Both the position numbers and the translations under genes were made by a program. Shown here piece after piece: positions 13,077 through 26,264 of a stretch of DNA of 64,000 nucleotides. Source of the stretch: Glycera tridactyla (Eukaryota); the NCBI GenBank assembly GCA_965644265.1, contig OZ286468.1:44516001-44580000 (forward strand). Reading direction: 5' to 3'. Under the pieces are notes generated by a model that was not told where the DNA came from, made no database searches, and saw only the letters and a program-made list of their open reading frames with translations. The stretch's first letter is position 1. Each line of letters opens with the position of its first letter.

Positions 13077-13121
13077 GCGGAATCGCTGCGACCGGGGCCC
13101 AGGCACCCATCTTTCTCTGAG
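13077..13121 (+). other. Candidate exon (45 nt, GC-rich)
   Basis: Strong polypyrimidine acceptor (ccttgtttttcttcag|) and a donor GAG|gtattg. The interval is GC-rich relative to its flanks. Reading frame undetermined. Confidence 0.25.
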
Positions 13122-14809
13122 GTATTGTCCACTATTTGTTCATGTACAAGCATCGAGTGGTTTTGCTTGCATGTGGTTTTCTGTGCTGGGGTGATGACCG
13201 GCTATACGTTGAAAGAGTCGGTCACCAATGTTCCAGCATCTACAGAGTAGTCCCAGAACTCTTACAGCCGAATGGCCTAGTATCACAAACTATTGTAATT
13301 TTATTGGAGTTCAACATTCAAGCTCAATGATTTGAGTATTGTATATAACTTAAATTAATATGGCCAATCCGAAACGTACAAATACTTCCTTATTCAAATA
13401 TTTCCATACTCATCATAAAGATATAAAATCGATGTTGGCACCACACTTGCATTAAATGATCCAATTTGCTCATTTCACATCATCTCATATACCAGTAATT
13501 GGTCATATGAGCGAAGCTGTGTCTCAAGTCAGATTACTAGGCTAAAACACTCACCTGGTTCAAAATGGGAGAGTTGTCAAAATATGAATACATGCAGAAT
13601 CATGAGTGTAAATTGATGAAACATTGTTCATTGCATTTCACAAAAACTTCGATAATGCACGTATAAAGTCGTCCTAAAGAAACAAAAATAATTCACAACA
13701 GAGGATATATCAAATTGAGGAGATGAGTCCTATTGTATCGTGAATTCTTGCATATGTCTCAAATGCCAAGCACTGTCAATAGTAATACAATTTCGTTTTC
13801 AAGACAGATATTCATTTTGATACTGAAGCCATTTCTTATGTGCTGGGGCTCTCTGTGTGCCTGTGTTTAGACCTTTCCGAGTTACGTAGTGTCAGACGAA
13901 TGCCTAGACGTTTGAAATCTTTCATCTCTGTAGATCTCTCAGACTTTTTCTCTACCCTCTGATATAAAGTGATAGGTGTAGATTGTGGCTGCATGTCCTC
14001 TAAAGTAATAGTGGTAGATCGTGAAAGCATGGCCCAACTTGTGTGTTTGTGCTCTTCCTAGATATTTCCACGCGACAAATTTAAAAGAGGATACCATATA
14101 AAGATGTGAAAGCATAAAGAAACTTTTGCATTGTGAGGGAATCAGATAATGCATCAAAGCGATGATATTACAATACTGCTTGATTGTTCACACAGTCTCA
14201 TAGTCACTATAAACCTATGCGTTCAGGGATTATGATGGATACGAAATGAATGCATTGTGAATTCTTCTGTATCATTATGATGCTTAGAAAATTATTATTA
14301 TGGCGTCACAAAAACCACAAATCAGCCTATTAGTCTTCATGTTGATGTGTTGTGTGAATAACGTTTTCACATTCACTTATCATAGATTTTGACTTAGGCT
14401 ACTGAAAATACCCATCTGTCACAATGAACAAATTGTATGGACTATATTGTCAAGTGATGAAGGCCACTCATATGACATCCCAATCTCGTATGAGAAATCT
14501 GTTATGATGAAACTTTTCTGATCCCCTGAGTTCGATCAAATCGAAGCAGCTCTAATCATAAAAGCATGAAATAAGTGGTCTTATATTGTGCCTGAGTGAA
14601 TATACTGTGAACAAATGAAATGAGATGATATGAAAATAGTGTACGTATCCATGGGATTGGTAGAATAAAATGAATAATGGCAATAATGATGAGAAAAATC
14701 ATAATGATATAAACAATAATGATGATACATATTATATTCATAGAAAAGATAATAATCATGTTGGTGCAGCATGGGTATTGACATCGAAGGAAATAAACTC
14801 ATTTCTACT

Positions 14810-15330
14810 AGTTACCCGAGACAGCTGTACTATATCTATGTCCAAGTAATGTCATACACGAGATATTCATTGCATATCTGATCCTGAAACAGTTGATTGT
14901 TGCAGGTCTCACGTCATATGGAACTGTGTTCCAGAATCTTGTTTCCCTCTGAATGACAATATTCGTTCCAATTTGAGTATGGGTTCTCTTGACTCGAAGG
15001 TCATTGCGAATTATCCGCCTAATAGTTCGTCTCAAAGGGAACAGCAACAAATCACTCCATGATGTGTTTGACTGCAACTCAAGACGTTTGACAATTCAGG
15101 AAATGACAATTGTTGATCGACGTTTGGGACACGATTTCAGTGTTGGTACTCCCGATGCAGTATGACATTCAATTGCAAATACATTTTCATCACTATTTTC
15201 AGGCAACGGCTGCACACAATTTGAAGTCGAAATGCAACTCCCATACTCATGCCATTATAGATATGGTCATCACAGCATAGTAATGTGTGAATGATTGTGA
15301 GATACTTCGAGAGTGGGGCACTTCTCTCGC
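14810..15330 (-). mobile_element. Decayed non-LTR retrotransposon (LINE, CR1/L2-like) ORF2 C-terminal fragment
   Basis: Minus-strand peptides, interrupted by stops and frameshifts, resemble the post-RT region of CR1/L2-clade LINEs. CCDDHIYNG..FRLQIVCSRCLKIV corresponds to DYCDxVY..KLQxxQNRAxRII, and DLRVKRTHTQIG..RFWNTVPYDVR corresponds to LxVPRxRTxxG..LWNSLP. Confidence 0.65.
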
Positions 15331-17310
15331 AGATGAATGACGGATGTCTGCAAGTGCTGTCTTTTGAGTCATGTATTTTCTCATATTTGGATTTTCCTCC
15401 GTTTTCCGGGTTGTCATATTGACTTGATTGAAAGGATGTATTTCAGCTAGTTATCGATGGCCCAGCCCTATCACCTTTGAACTGCAGTTGTATTCCCCGT
15501 GGAGAACATAAATCAGTCATTGATTGAATTTGGACCATCGTACTCCTTTGCCTGTATATGTATGTTTGGATTATGTTTGTGTTTGGTATTTGTTGTGTCT
15601 GGTTTCAAGTCACTTCCAAATTGGATTTTTGGTTGTCATATCCAAAGTATATGCTGTTAACATCATTCATCTCTGGGTAATGGCATCTCATGTCTATTTC
15701 TTTTGGTCAGTTGTGCCTCTTGTCTGTACCCATGTCTTTTTCTTTTTCGTCGTTAAGCTGATTATTACGAGACCTAGGGCGCTCACCATCTCTGGTAAAT
15801 GGTGGATCCAGAACGAGAATCGAGGTCGATCTTTTTCGTATATACATATCATCTTAGACATCTGGAGAACCGTAAAGTATAATCAAACCTAGGAATGAAA
15901 AATACCGTGAACGTATAATTAACTACTCGTAAAATTCAAAATTCAAAATCCTGTTCCATTTTTCATTGGGGACTCTTAGTGATAAATGTCATAGTATCTC
16001 CTTGGAAAAAGTGCAGTTTGATTCACCAATGAATCAAAAGACGAGAAGTATATGCTTGAAAATTGCCCTCCATTTGTTACCGGAAAGTAGCGAAAATTTC
16101 TATCTATGATTCCGATTGGTATATATCCTGTGTATGATAACAATTTTCTCCAAGACATGGCAAATACACTAGTAGGACCTTCTTACGAATTATCGGATCA
16201 CAAAATGATGTTGGCAAGATATAGCATGCACACATTGTCATGGCTTCTCTTTGACAAATAGCTCATGAAGAGTTGGCTATACCTCGAAGCCTCACATTAA
16301 GCGTACCTCCATATTGAAGAGGCCAGCAGAGACGCTATCAGTCTATGATATTTGGAATCAAAATATGTAGTACCAGTTGATCAGGCATCCCAAGATTTAC
16401 CCTATTGTCGGATGTATATCCTATATGTATGACATTGATGTTCTCTCTGTCTCTATCCCTCACTTTCCTCCTCGTTCTCACACTCTGCCTTTCAAATTCA
16501 CATCATTCCCCGACTATCTGGTCCTTAGCTTCTCTTCTCCTCATCTTTTTTTCTTCTCACCCTTTCCATTCTCAATTCATCGTCAAGCCTCGATCAAACC
16601 TAGGCAAGAGTTCCTCCGTCCACAATCACCATCATGAGTGCATGGTTGCTCTCATCTTGGGAAGGGTCTAAGTGCACTGGCCATGGACAAGAAAAGGAGG
16701 TCGGCACTAACAGACCAGCTCATGACTGATGGAAACTGAGTGGGTTCCGTGAGCCAGCAAATCCAACCAAGCCCAAGCCCGCTCTGATTGAGTGAACACC
16801 TTTCTAGTACGAACATCATGTGATCATACTGCCAATGTTTTTCAAATTTTCAATGTACTCTTTTACGGACTTGGAGGTCACGGCTGTACCATCCTAATCA
16901 TTTCGTTGGCAAGAAGGCGGGGGACAGCTCCATGGTGGCATATCAGGTTACAAGCCACTCTGATAGAGCCTGACCCTACGCCACATACCCTTCTCTCCAC
17001 ACAGGTATGTCATTAATAGTATATACTAATTGAAGATGATATCACAACATGGTCATTAGAATGACAATGACAATGTTCATCTCAAGATGGGGTCAATTTC
17101 CTGAAAGTCATTTCTTCAAAAGTTGATGTATTTTAGATCTGAAGTTTGCGGATGCAGCATAGCAATATGTGCTTGGATCCCGGACACTCATCTCAATTTC
17201 ATGCATGTATCTTCCCCTATACTTTGAAATAAATGTCCAGTACTCATGTATGCATGCATGATGGTTACCAACCTTACTACAAACACACACTCAAACATGT
17301 ATGCGTGCAT

Positions 17311-17311
<1 letters not shown>

Positions 17312-17376
<65 letters not shown>
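17312..17376. repeat. (CA)n microsatellite
   Basis: Directly visible. It produces the spurious HT/CV-repeat ORFs. Confidence 0.99.
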
Positions 17377-17379
<3 letters not shown>

Positions 17380-17627
17380 GAATATGCACAGAAGGCAGGT
17401 GAAAATGACAGTGAGGGCAGTTGAAAATCACCCTTCACCTGCCCATCTGACTGAAGGAAAATGTTGATGAAGAGCCCTGAAATGGATAGCGACCTCAATA
17501 GTTTATACGGTAAACCATTCAAACCGCTTTTGCGAGACCATTCTTGGTTTCATCAAAAAGTGACCTTTCTAGACAGGAGGCCTTTTCAGGGCCTTTTTAG
17601 CAAGATCGCTCAATATAGGGAATAGTG

Positions 17628-17858
17628 CAGTAAAACCTCTTTTTGGACACTCTCGAAATTCCAAACACAAGTAGTACCTCAAAAGAGGTGGTCTCTCATC
17701 GGAGGTATATTTGACATTGCGAAATAGAGATAAACTCGAAGGAATGGATTCTTGGAAGAGGTTTCAATGTATTCCAGTCAGAGCCAGTCATAAATGAGGG
17801 TGGCTTTAATAGGCTTGTGTTCTTTGTATACAGATGGTGTTTTGAGCAGGTTTGACTT
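17628..17858. mobile_element. Diverged MITE related to the CAGTCGAACC family
   Basis: Ends are cagtaaaacctc.. and ..gcaggtttgactt-ta. The internal aaagaggtggtctctcat resembles the subterminal repeats of the other copies. Confidence 0.45.
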
Positions 17859-17980
17859 TACTTAAATGATGAATAATCAGAGTGAATTTCATGCATCACT
17901 AGTAGTTCAACTATCATTCACAGTGCTGGGTTTATGACCAGTATACTACTAGCAAGAACATATCTTCATCCAGTTGGCCT

Positions 17981-18150
17981 GCCTTGGTGGCTCAGTGGTT
18001 GCGTGCAGGCCGGCGTGCAATTGGTCGGGGGTTCGATCCCCGGTTCTACCATGCAGGAATGTTTTACCCTTCATCTTCGCTCCTCCTTGGCAGGTGGTCT
18101 GATTTAGCCAACTCAAGTGCAGAAAGTGGAGCTAAAACCTCAACATTTCC
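17981..18150 (+). mobile_element. tRNA-derived SINE
   Basis: Pol III A-box TGGCTCAGTGG (17988-17998) and B-box GGTTCGATCC (18030-18039) at tRNA spacing. It has no valid acceptor or anticodon stems, and is followed by a non-tRNA body and tail (gctaaaacctcaacatttcc). Confidence 0.75.
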
Positions 18151-20764
18151 ATTTTTTTCACCCAGTTGGGTGCACCATCAAGCTGATATGAAGGCAGCAG
18201 ACCCCATCAACGCAAATACATGACACACATCATCGAAATTGGACGCATAAATGATAACTGCCTGGATGGTCCCGGTGATTTTATTCTTCGATAATTAGGG
18301 TATTGGTTGCTCGAATCAACCGATATTCAGACCTGTCTTTCACACAGAAAACCCTAGTCTAGACAATGACACAAAGTTCATATAGTGCAAGTAACCTCAC
18401 AGTCTCTCAATCACCAGCCATATGCCTATTCCAGATTTCAGGGTCAATCGCATGTTCTTTCAGGGAAGAAGAGGACGGGGAGCTCAGCCAAGACCTGACA
18501 TCAGGGGCTTGACCCTAAGCTTGTTTCCAGCGCCTGTCAGTGAGAAGCAGGGGGAACTGGGTAGCATGCACCTGTCACCCACCATATGGCATCTCAACTG
18601 AATCGCCTGATTTCTAGCCTAGTGCACAGCCGTGAGGCTTGATAGATGGCCTGCATCCCTATTGGTAATTTGATATCGAGGACCTATGTATCCCACTTGA
18701 AATAATGTTGCAAATCAGAAGGCCTGGAACTTCCTCTCAAACTGAATATAATGAAATTCGAATAGCCGATGGCATTTCTACATTACTCCGAGCAGATTTT
18801 TCACGCGAATGAAGATTGTTTTCTAGAGAGAAATACCACTTCGAGATAATAATATGAACCTCACTGAAAACGGAACAGGACCCTGCCTGATTGCAGCATG
18901 TATCTTTCCGAACCACATGTCTGCTTCTTATGTCCCAATCACTGACAGAAAGTGGTTAGAAAATGAAGTGATTGGTCAGTCATTCCGAGTCACGTGAAAA
19001 ACGACTAGGTCCTTCAATAACACCTTCCCTTTTTGTGTTCTGAGTTCAATGACGTGTATGATGTCAATGTGTCCACTACTTTCTTGATATATTAGAGAGT
19101 ACCAAGATGTTTCTTACGGGTTCAAATGATGACCCATATAAAAAAAAATGACGATTTCAGAGAGTATTTGATTATCACTTCGGTTGAAGTGGTGAAAATA
19201 CTCTTGCTAATAGGAAAGCTTCACCCACACTTATTTTGAAGGAGAGACAATCAAATGCATATGTAGTGAATTACGGGCTGGTACAAATAAAGTCAGCTCC
19301 GTTGGTTGGTTACTCTTGATCCAACATCTCAATTGACAGTAACATATCTAGATCCATACTCGTCTTGAAAGAAAGTAGATACTGGTATTGCATCTGATTA
19401 CCTAAGCACTATCATGATTCTCATTCTAGTATTTGAGAGAGTTAGATTCAGAACAAGGTTATGTGACTGGGATTGAAATTCGACCACCGATCAGAACCTC
19501 GTTTGTGCTCAACACACGGTCACCAGAGCAGAAACTCTGCTGACCAGAAACAGTATTGAAATGCTAACATCAAAGTAGGAGGTTTGGTCTCCATACTCTC
19601 ATCAGGACAAAAGATCTTCTCACCCACCTGGCTTAGACACTATGTATCTTCTATGTGCCAAGACACCAAATTAGTTTTCTGTCCTTATTATAAATATTCG
19701 AACGGAGAGCTGGGACACACATCACGTAAGTGTCCATTTTGAAGCAGCTCACACACTCAATCTTCTGAATTGTTCATAGAAAGCCGGTAGATGGCAATAG
19801 TAACTGGCAAACCTTATCAAAGAAACATGAGGAAGCCACCACAAACGTCAAACAATGCGACACATATAATTTGTTGGTCACCGACAATGATATCTATATA
19901 TTCACCATCGTTTTTACCTCATTGAAATAGTGACATCATAGCATCAAAATTGGTAATATTGTTTGCACCTCAACAGCCACATGAAGATCTCGAAATTGAG
20001 AAAAGTCATGTTTGAATTCAATATTCGATATAGCTAGTACATAACTATCACATAATGATGATCGCAAAATGCAGTCGGAGTAATTCATGTGGATTTATAT
20101 GACCTCGCAAGATCTCGAGCTACATTTCCAAATGATCACACTATTTCACAAGAAATGATTCCATGATCATGTGAAACACTCTTGAAGATCATACATGGTC
20201 ACCACCGATAATATAGTGGCATCTTCCAGCTTCGACCCGTTTCCATGGCTACAAAGACACTGTCCTGATGAATTTTGTATAATAAGACTTGTCACAGTCC
20301 CATTAGTGAGCCATTTCTTCCATATTTGATATGCGAATTTGCTTTTCAGCGGGCCTCGTATTTTCATCCAACTCAGTTCCGTTTTGTGGTGTGTGTTCAG
20401 TGGAATTCGATCTAAAGGATGACTTTCTGACACCAGATATGACTTCCGTCAACTAAACTACAAATGTACATCGCTTTGTGTGAGGTTGAACTTCTTTGAT
20501 TTGGAGATAGTCGACAAAGGTGGTCGACGAAGTTTGTATGTCAATCAACATTGATTGNNNNNNNNNNNNNNNNNNNNNNNNNNNNNNNNNNNNNNNNNNN
20601 NNNNNNNNNNNNNNNNNNNNNNNNNNNNNNNNNNNNNNNNNNNNNNNNNNNNNNNNNNNNNNNNNNNNNNNNNNNNNNNNNNNNNNNNNNNNNNNNNNNN
20701 NNNNNNNNNNNNNNNNNNNNNNNNNNNNNNNNNNNNNNNNNNNNNNNNNNNNNNNNNNNNNNNN

Positions 20765-20940
20765 TACTATTACTACTACTACCACTACCACTACCACTAC
20801 TAGTACTTTTACTATTATGACCACCAATACTCCCTCAACCACACCATCATGCTATGTTATGTTACGCTATGTTACGTTATGTTATGTCATGTTATTCTCT
20901 ACTAGTACTATTATTACCATTATTACTAATACCGGAATTA
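20765..20940. repeat. (TAC)n/(TACCAC)n and (TATGT)n simple repeats next to a gap
   Basis: Directly visible. Confidence 0.9.
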
Positions 20941-21994
20941 CTAGCAGGCAATCCTCCAGAAATTTCAGCTAGAATTCGGAGGCGATGATACCCCTGGTTG
21001 GACAGTAAGGCCATAATGTATATCGGTCATTTTCCTGGTGGCAATGTAATATGTCCATTATGTCAACCCTCTGTCGTGGGCTATATGATAACTTTATGAA
21101 CTTTCAAACAAGAGTTGATATCCCATGTTCTTGTGAAATATTCATTTGCTTTCCATGATATACTGTTGTGGGTGATTGCGTGAGAATGTGTCTTCTTTGT
21201 TCACAAGAAATATTACATGTTTGAAAATTTGGAGTTTGAATCATCATGCGTTATTTTCATCATATACTATGGTGTGATATTTCTGATTACAGTAACATCT
21301 ACCATTGATCAAAAATGGACAAGTGACTCGCCCATCCTGATGATATCTAATCTAATTGTACTAGCAGCATGGCTGACCTCAACAATATGATGCCATGTTG
21401 GATCGGAATCCACCTACATGGTTCAAATGATGATCGAATGAGGAAAAAAGCTTTCCCATGTAACATCGTATTTCCTAATCTGCAAGCCCTGAGCACATCA
21501 CGATTTTGATTGCTTCGTTGCAATAAGGCGACCCATAAAATGGGTTTAGGTCCGGCAAAGAAGCAAGATGTAGCTCATTGCAGAATACGGTTATTTTATG
21601 TGATGGGAAACGCCATACCTCATGCAACACCATGCGAAACTAGCACCTAGGTTCTGAATGTAGTCTAAGCTAGAACATGAAGAAATCTCTCAAATTGAAC
21701 CAGAAATAAATCTGGTTGAACAGTCAGATTTCTACTGGGACATTCTCATGTTTAATCAAAGCTATACTCTTATGGAATCCGCCTTTTTGTCTTCCTGGTT
21801 ATTTCGGTTTTCTTATGACTGCATATTCAAATCATGTGCATGTTCTAATTGACAGGCGGATTTAGCCAAAGGACATCAGTCACGGTAAAGGACTGAAGCA
21901 AGCTCACCCAATTTAGTCTCGTCTAATTTAGGTCAATGACGTGGCGCGACTGCCAAATCCCACACTCTCCTTATCCGTCACGTTCACTGGAGCA

Positions 21995-23160
21995 ATGAAG
22001 ACAACACTCTCAGGTAGCCTAGATTGTGTGAAGTTTTTCTCCGGTACCAGACTCACGGAAGCAGTAGAGAAAACATTCATTGAGTAGCCTTTATTGTGTG
22101 TAGTCTTTCTCCGGTCCCAGATTTACTGAAGCAGTAGAGACAACATTCGTTAGGGAGCCTTTATTGTGTGTAGTCTTTATCCGGTCCCAGATTTACTGAA
22201 GCAGTAGAGACAACATATGTTAGGTAGCCTAGATTGTGTGAGGTCTTTCTCCGGTACCAGATTTACCGAGGCAGTACATACAACATTCATTAGGTAGCTT
22301 AGATTGTGTGAAGTCTTTCCCCAATACCAGGTTTACTGAAGCAGTAGAGACATCATTCGTTAGGTTGCCTAGATTGTGTGTTGTCTTTCTCCGGTACCAG
22401 ATTTACCTGAGCAGTAGAGACAACATTCGTTAGGTTGCCTAGATTGTGTGTTGTCTTTCTCCGGTACCAGATTTACCTGAGCAGTAGAGACAACATTCGT
22501 TAGGCAGCCTATATCGTGTGAAGTCTTTTCCTGGTACCAGATTCACCAAAGCAGTAGAAACAACATTCGTTGGGTAGCCTAGATTGTGTGAAGTCTTTCC
22601 CGAATACCAAATTTACTGAAGCAGTAGAGACAACATTCGTTATGTAGCCTATATTGTGTGAAGTCTTTTTCCGGTACCAGATTCACTGAAGCAGTAGAGA
22701 CAACATTCGATAGGTAGCCTAGATTGTGTGAATTCTTCCTCTGGTACCAGATTTACCGGTGCAGTAGAGACAACATTCGTTAGTTAGCCTAGATTGTGTG
22801 AAGTATTTCACCGTGGCCAGATTTACGTGAGCAGTAAAAGAGCATTAAATCGCTCTCGGGAAGCCTAGATCAGGTGGAGTTTTTTTCCGCGAACATGCTG
22901 CTTCACCTATCTTAGATTATGTGAAGTCTTCATCCGTTACAGATTCACTGAAGCAGTGGAAAGAATACTCTCAGGTAGCCAAGATTGTGTGAAATGTTTG
23001 TCCATGACCAGATTTACTGGAGTTGAATAGATAACACTCCTCACGTTGCCAAAATTCTGTGAATTCCTTATCTCTGAACAGATTTGCTTGAGTAGTATAG
23101 ACCCTATCCCTCATGTGGTATGATTAGTTTTGGTACTCCATGCAGATTACCTAGAGCAGT
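21995..23160. repeat. 70-bp tandem minisatellite, about 15-16 copies with decaying ends
   Basis: Unit ttgtgtgaagtctttctccggtaccagatttactgaagcagtagagacaacattcgttaggtagcctaga at 22024, 22094, 22164 ... 22794. Copies become more diverged beyond ~22860. Confidence 0.95.
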
Positions 23161-24329
23161 GAGGGATGACATCATTACGGTACTCCTACTTTGACAATTC
23201 CTCGAGTAGCCTGAATTTTGTAGAAACTTGCCTGTATCTCATCAGCAGTAGAGAGAGGCTCCATTTGGTAGAAATACTGAAATCTGTGAGGCCTTTAATC
23301 CATAGATTGGCACCATGAAATCTTGTATGGTAGGTGACAAAGGTGAACCTGCATCGTAGGAGCTATGACACATGATCGAGAAAAAACACGCTGCTCTTTA
23401 TATTAAGGCGCGGGAGGGGGGGGGGGGGCTTTTAATTTTCATCGCCAATGTGAATGTCCCGATCAATTGTCATACACCAGAAACCATTTCTACAATTGAA
23501 TCGTGCTATATTCACGTTTTAATATATTTCACGCTTGACTAACATATATGGTTCATGAACAGGATTTTGACGGAACACTCAACACATTGGTGCATCTCCC
23601 TGTGAATCTTTCAACAACTGTGAGGTGAAGGTGAGAAAAACATGTTCATTTTTTTAGCAGTTAAGGATCACACTCCTCAGTCTAGTGATGGCACTCAACT
23701 TTTTGTATCACGCTATCCCCCAGCCACTCCAACTAGTGGGACCCACCGAAACCGACGTCAGTCAAATCAAATCGATTCAATTGACAAAATATTAATCTCT
23801 TCAAAGTAGTACGACCGTGTCCATGAAACAAATTTCCACCAATAGTTATGTCCAAAAACGACATCAGCACGTCGTTTCGCTATGTCATCCTTGCCCAAAT
23901 ATCTCAACTCAATATTGGACAAGTCTATATGAAAGACTTTCCTTTCAAGAAATGTTGGAACTGAGACGGATAAATGACCGACTATTTCAACTAGTGATGT
24001 ATGCTGGCCAGGAACTCTGAACTAGATGTGGGTGATAATGGTATTCACACTGCGTAGATGGTGTTCCTTGCCGTGAAGCAGCTCACATCCTCGCCGTCGA
24101 GACAAGGAACTACCAGCAAAGACGAATCACTCTGCTTGCATACTAATAGGAATAGCCTTCTATAAATGTACCAATTTGTTTTTTCCCACATCTCCTCATC
24201 TATGACAAAGTTAGGTTGGTCATGGATAATCATATGAAAGGCACTACAAACACATCATTATTGAAGTAAAAGGGAACCACTAGTTTATTATTTGATGCCA
24301 TCTAGTTGGATAAACGCAAACACGCCTAC

Positions 24330-24524
24330 TTGGACGTGATTGGAATGCACCTAATTCTCGTTTGAAATGTCCCAGAATGGAATTAAGCAGAATTCACGTG
24401 ACTTCGCGCATGCCCAGAAGCCCCTATAAGTACGAATCAGTCATGCCTGGGCCTATAAGGTTCTCTGAATGGACTCCCGAGCGCAAGCTGTACAACATAT
24501 ATTCGCGGGCACCATCAGGTATAA
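24330..24524 (+). promoter_or_regulatory. Promoter-like CpG-rich patch, possibly with a first exon
   Basis: ATTGG (reverse CCAAT, 24339), E-box CACGTG (24395), NRF1-like GCGCATGCC (24406), two CCTATAAG motifs and a possible donor CAG|GTATAA at 24518. CpG is visibly enriched out to ~25250. Confidence 0.3.
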
Positions 24525-25285
24525 CGGTACCGAAATTGTTATTTTTCTCCGTCGGAGACGGTACTGTTTACAGTTTGGGACTCCCTCTCATTCTTGACAA
24601 TACTTTCGTCCATTTTATGGAGCAATTTGATCACGTTTAACTCACACAGTCAGTGGGCGATCATTTGTAAATGGCTGGTATGAAATCATCAGAATTGAAC
24701 CAAGACTGCATGAAAATTGAGCTGATTGTGTGGAAAACATTAGTTATTGCGTGAAATACTGCTGGATTTGGTTATTGTAGATGCCTGACCGCGTGAGAAG
24801 GTTGAGAAAGCAAAATATTTTATGAGAAGCGACACACGGTGGTCAAAAACAGCGCTATTGTTGGGGAAGCGCCTATGTGACTTCATGACAGCATGGTTTG
24901 TTCTAAAGCTAAACCAAAAATGTGCCGAGTAATCAATCGGCAGTTCTGCGGTTAGAACCATCGGTTTGCTCTCTGAACATGTTGTCCATTTGCTAGAACT
25001 GTGAACTAGGTAATCGAAAACTTGGCATGTTTCGACAATTCGAAGGGTATTGTTTATGATTTCGCTAGTGATGTGAAAAATTCCATGCAAATGACGGAAT
25101 AACGTTAATTTTACGAAATTGACATAATATCTCTCTTCACACGTACGTCGACCAGCAACTCGACCGTCGGATATTCGCGGAAAACGCACAGTGTCCCCTA
25201 GGGCGGCGATGTGGAACCACACATTCTGAAATAGTGGCCGGAAATTCAAATTAGTTTCTTTACACTTACCAGCACAGAGTATATG

Positions 25286-25462
25286 CAGTCGAACCTGCTT
25301 GAGAGACCATCTCTCTATGAAGACCACCTGCCTACAAAAGACACCCTGAGCTGCAACCCTGATGGTATTTTCAACAGTAGACAACCTCTCTATAAAGACC
25401 ACCTGTCTATAGAGGACACTTCCTAAAATGCTGAAGGTTGTCTTTGTAGAAAGGTTCGACTG
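25286..25462. mobile_element. Tc1/mariner(pogo)-type MITE, copy 1
   Basis: TIRs CAGTCGAACC / GGTTCGACTG, followed by TA (the left flank reads TG). Internal aaagaccacct.tctat repeats. No ORF. Confidence 0.85.
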
Positions 25463-26197
25463 TATATTTGTTACCAGGCATCCTTTTTTGGGCCTACACG
25501 CCTAGTTAAATCACCACCTCTCCGCTGTAAATCGACAACCAGTCTTCTTTTTGAAGCCATTTCTTGTTCATATATTGGCACAGTAGAATGACACTAATGG
25601 TCGCAAGTAACGTATGCAATGAACATTCAGCTATGGCCAAATAAATGGGGCAATCAATCATTGGTCTCCGTGGTTGGGACCAAAGAACGCGGTCATAGAC
25701 GACACGAACACAGTGATTATTGTGATATTGAGATGTGTTTGAGTGGTCGTGTTTGTCCATATTGGCTTACAAGAAATATTGCGTCGGTCAGCTGACATGT
25801 CAGTGCCTGTCAGCTGATCAATCCCTCAGATGAGAAATCCAACATGTCCAGGCCCTTGTCAGCTCCCATTCATCGTATTTACCATCGTGTTTGTTTGACT
25901 CGGACAGCTGTTCCTATTTGTACAGGGAAGAACCTGCATCTATTTATTCTACCTTAAGGTTTCATATTCATGAGGCGGGGACTAATTGCACCAGTCCAAA
26001 TGGGAGGGATGGCAAGAGAGGACAGTGTTCAAGTAAGCCATGATGTGAAAAATTCATCAAATGTCAACCAAGTATTTCTCGGGAATATCACGCTGACGTG
26101 AGGAAGGTGCAAGCAGGCATGCCCCGGCAAGCCTTCGACTCAGTCGAGTGGAAAAATGCTTACCGTATTACTCCTAATTATTCCTCATGTTGAGTAC

Positions 26198-26264
26198 CTG
26201 TATACATCTTGAGAAATGTTGTATACAGCTCGAAATGGGAGGGTGTCTTGATCTGTGATGAATC
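26198..26264 (-). other. Weak candidate coding exon (GFITDQDTLPFRAVYNISQDVYR)
   Basis: catccaatatatag|...TACAG|gtactc. One frame is open and reads as protein-like, but the donor is weak. Confidence 0.15.

Noticed and set aside
17188-17522. HT/CV dipeptide ORFs (and SL/RE ORFs at 43636-44035)
   Set aside because: They are translations of (CA)n and (CT)n microsatellites.
17981-18052. Possible tRNA gene
   Set aside because: A and B boxes are present, but the acceptor and anticodon stems do not pair and a SINE-like body follows.
24740-25402. 220-aa minus-strand ORF
   Set aside because: It begins inside a MITE and runs into unrelated CpG-rich DNA. No recognisable domain.
25470-25510. Possible Helitron 3' end (hairpin + CTAGT)
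   Set aside because: The hairpin pairs poorly, there is no matching 5' TC end, and no second copy was seen.
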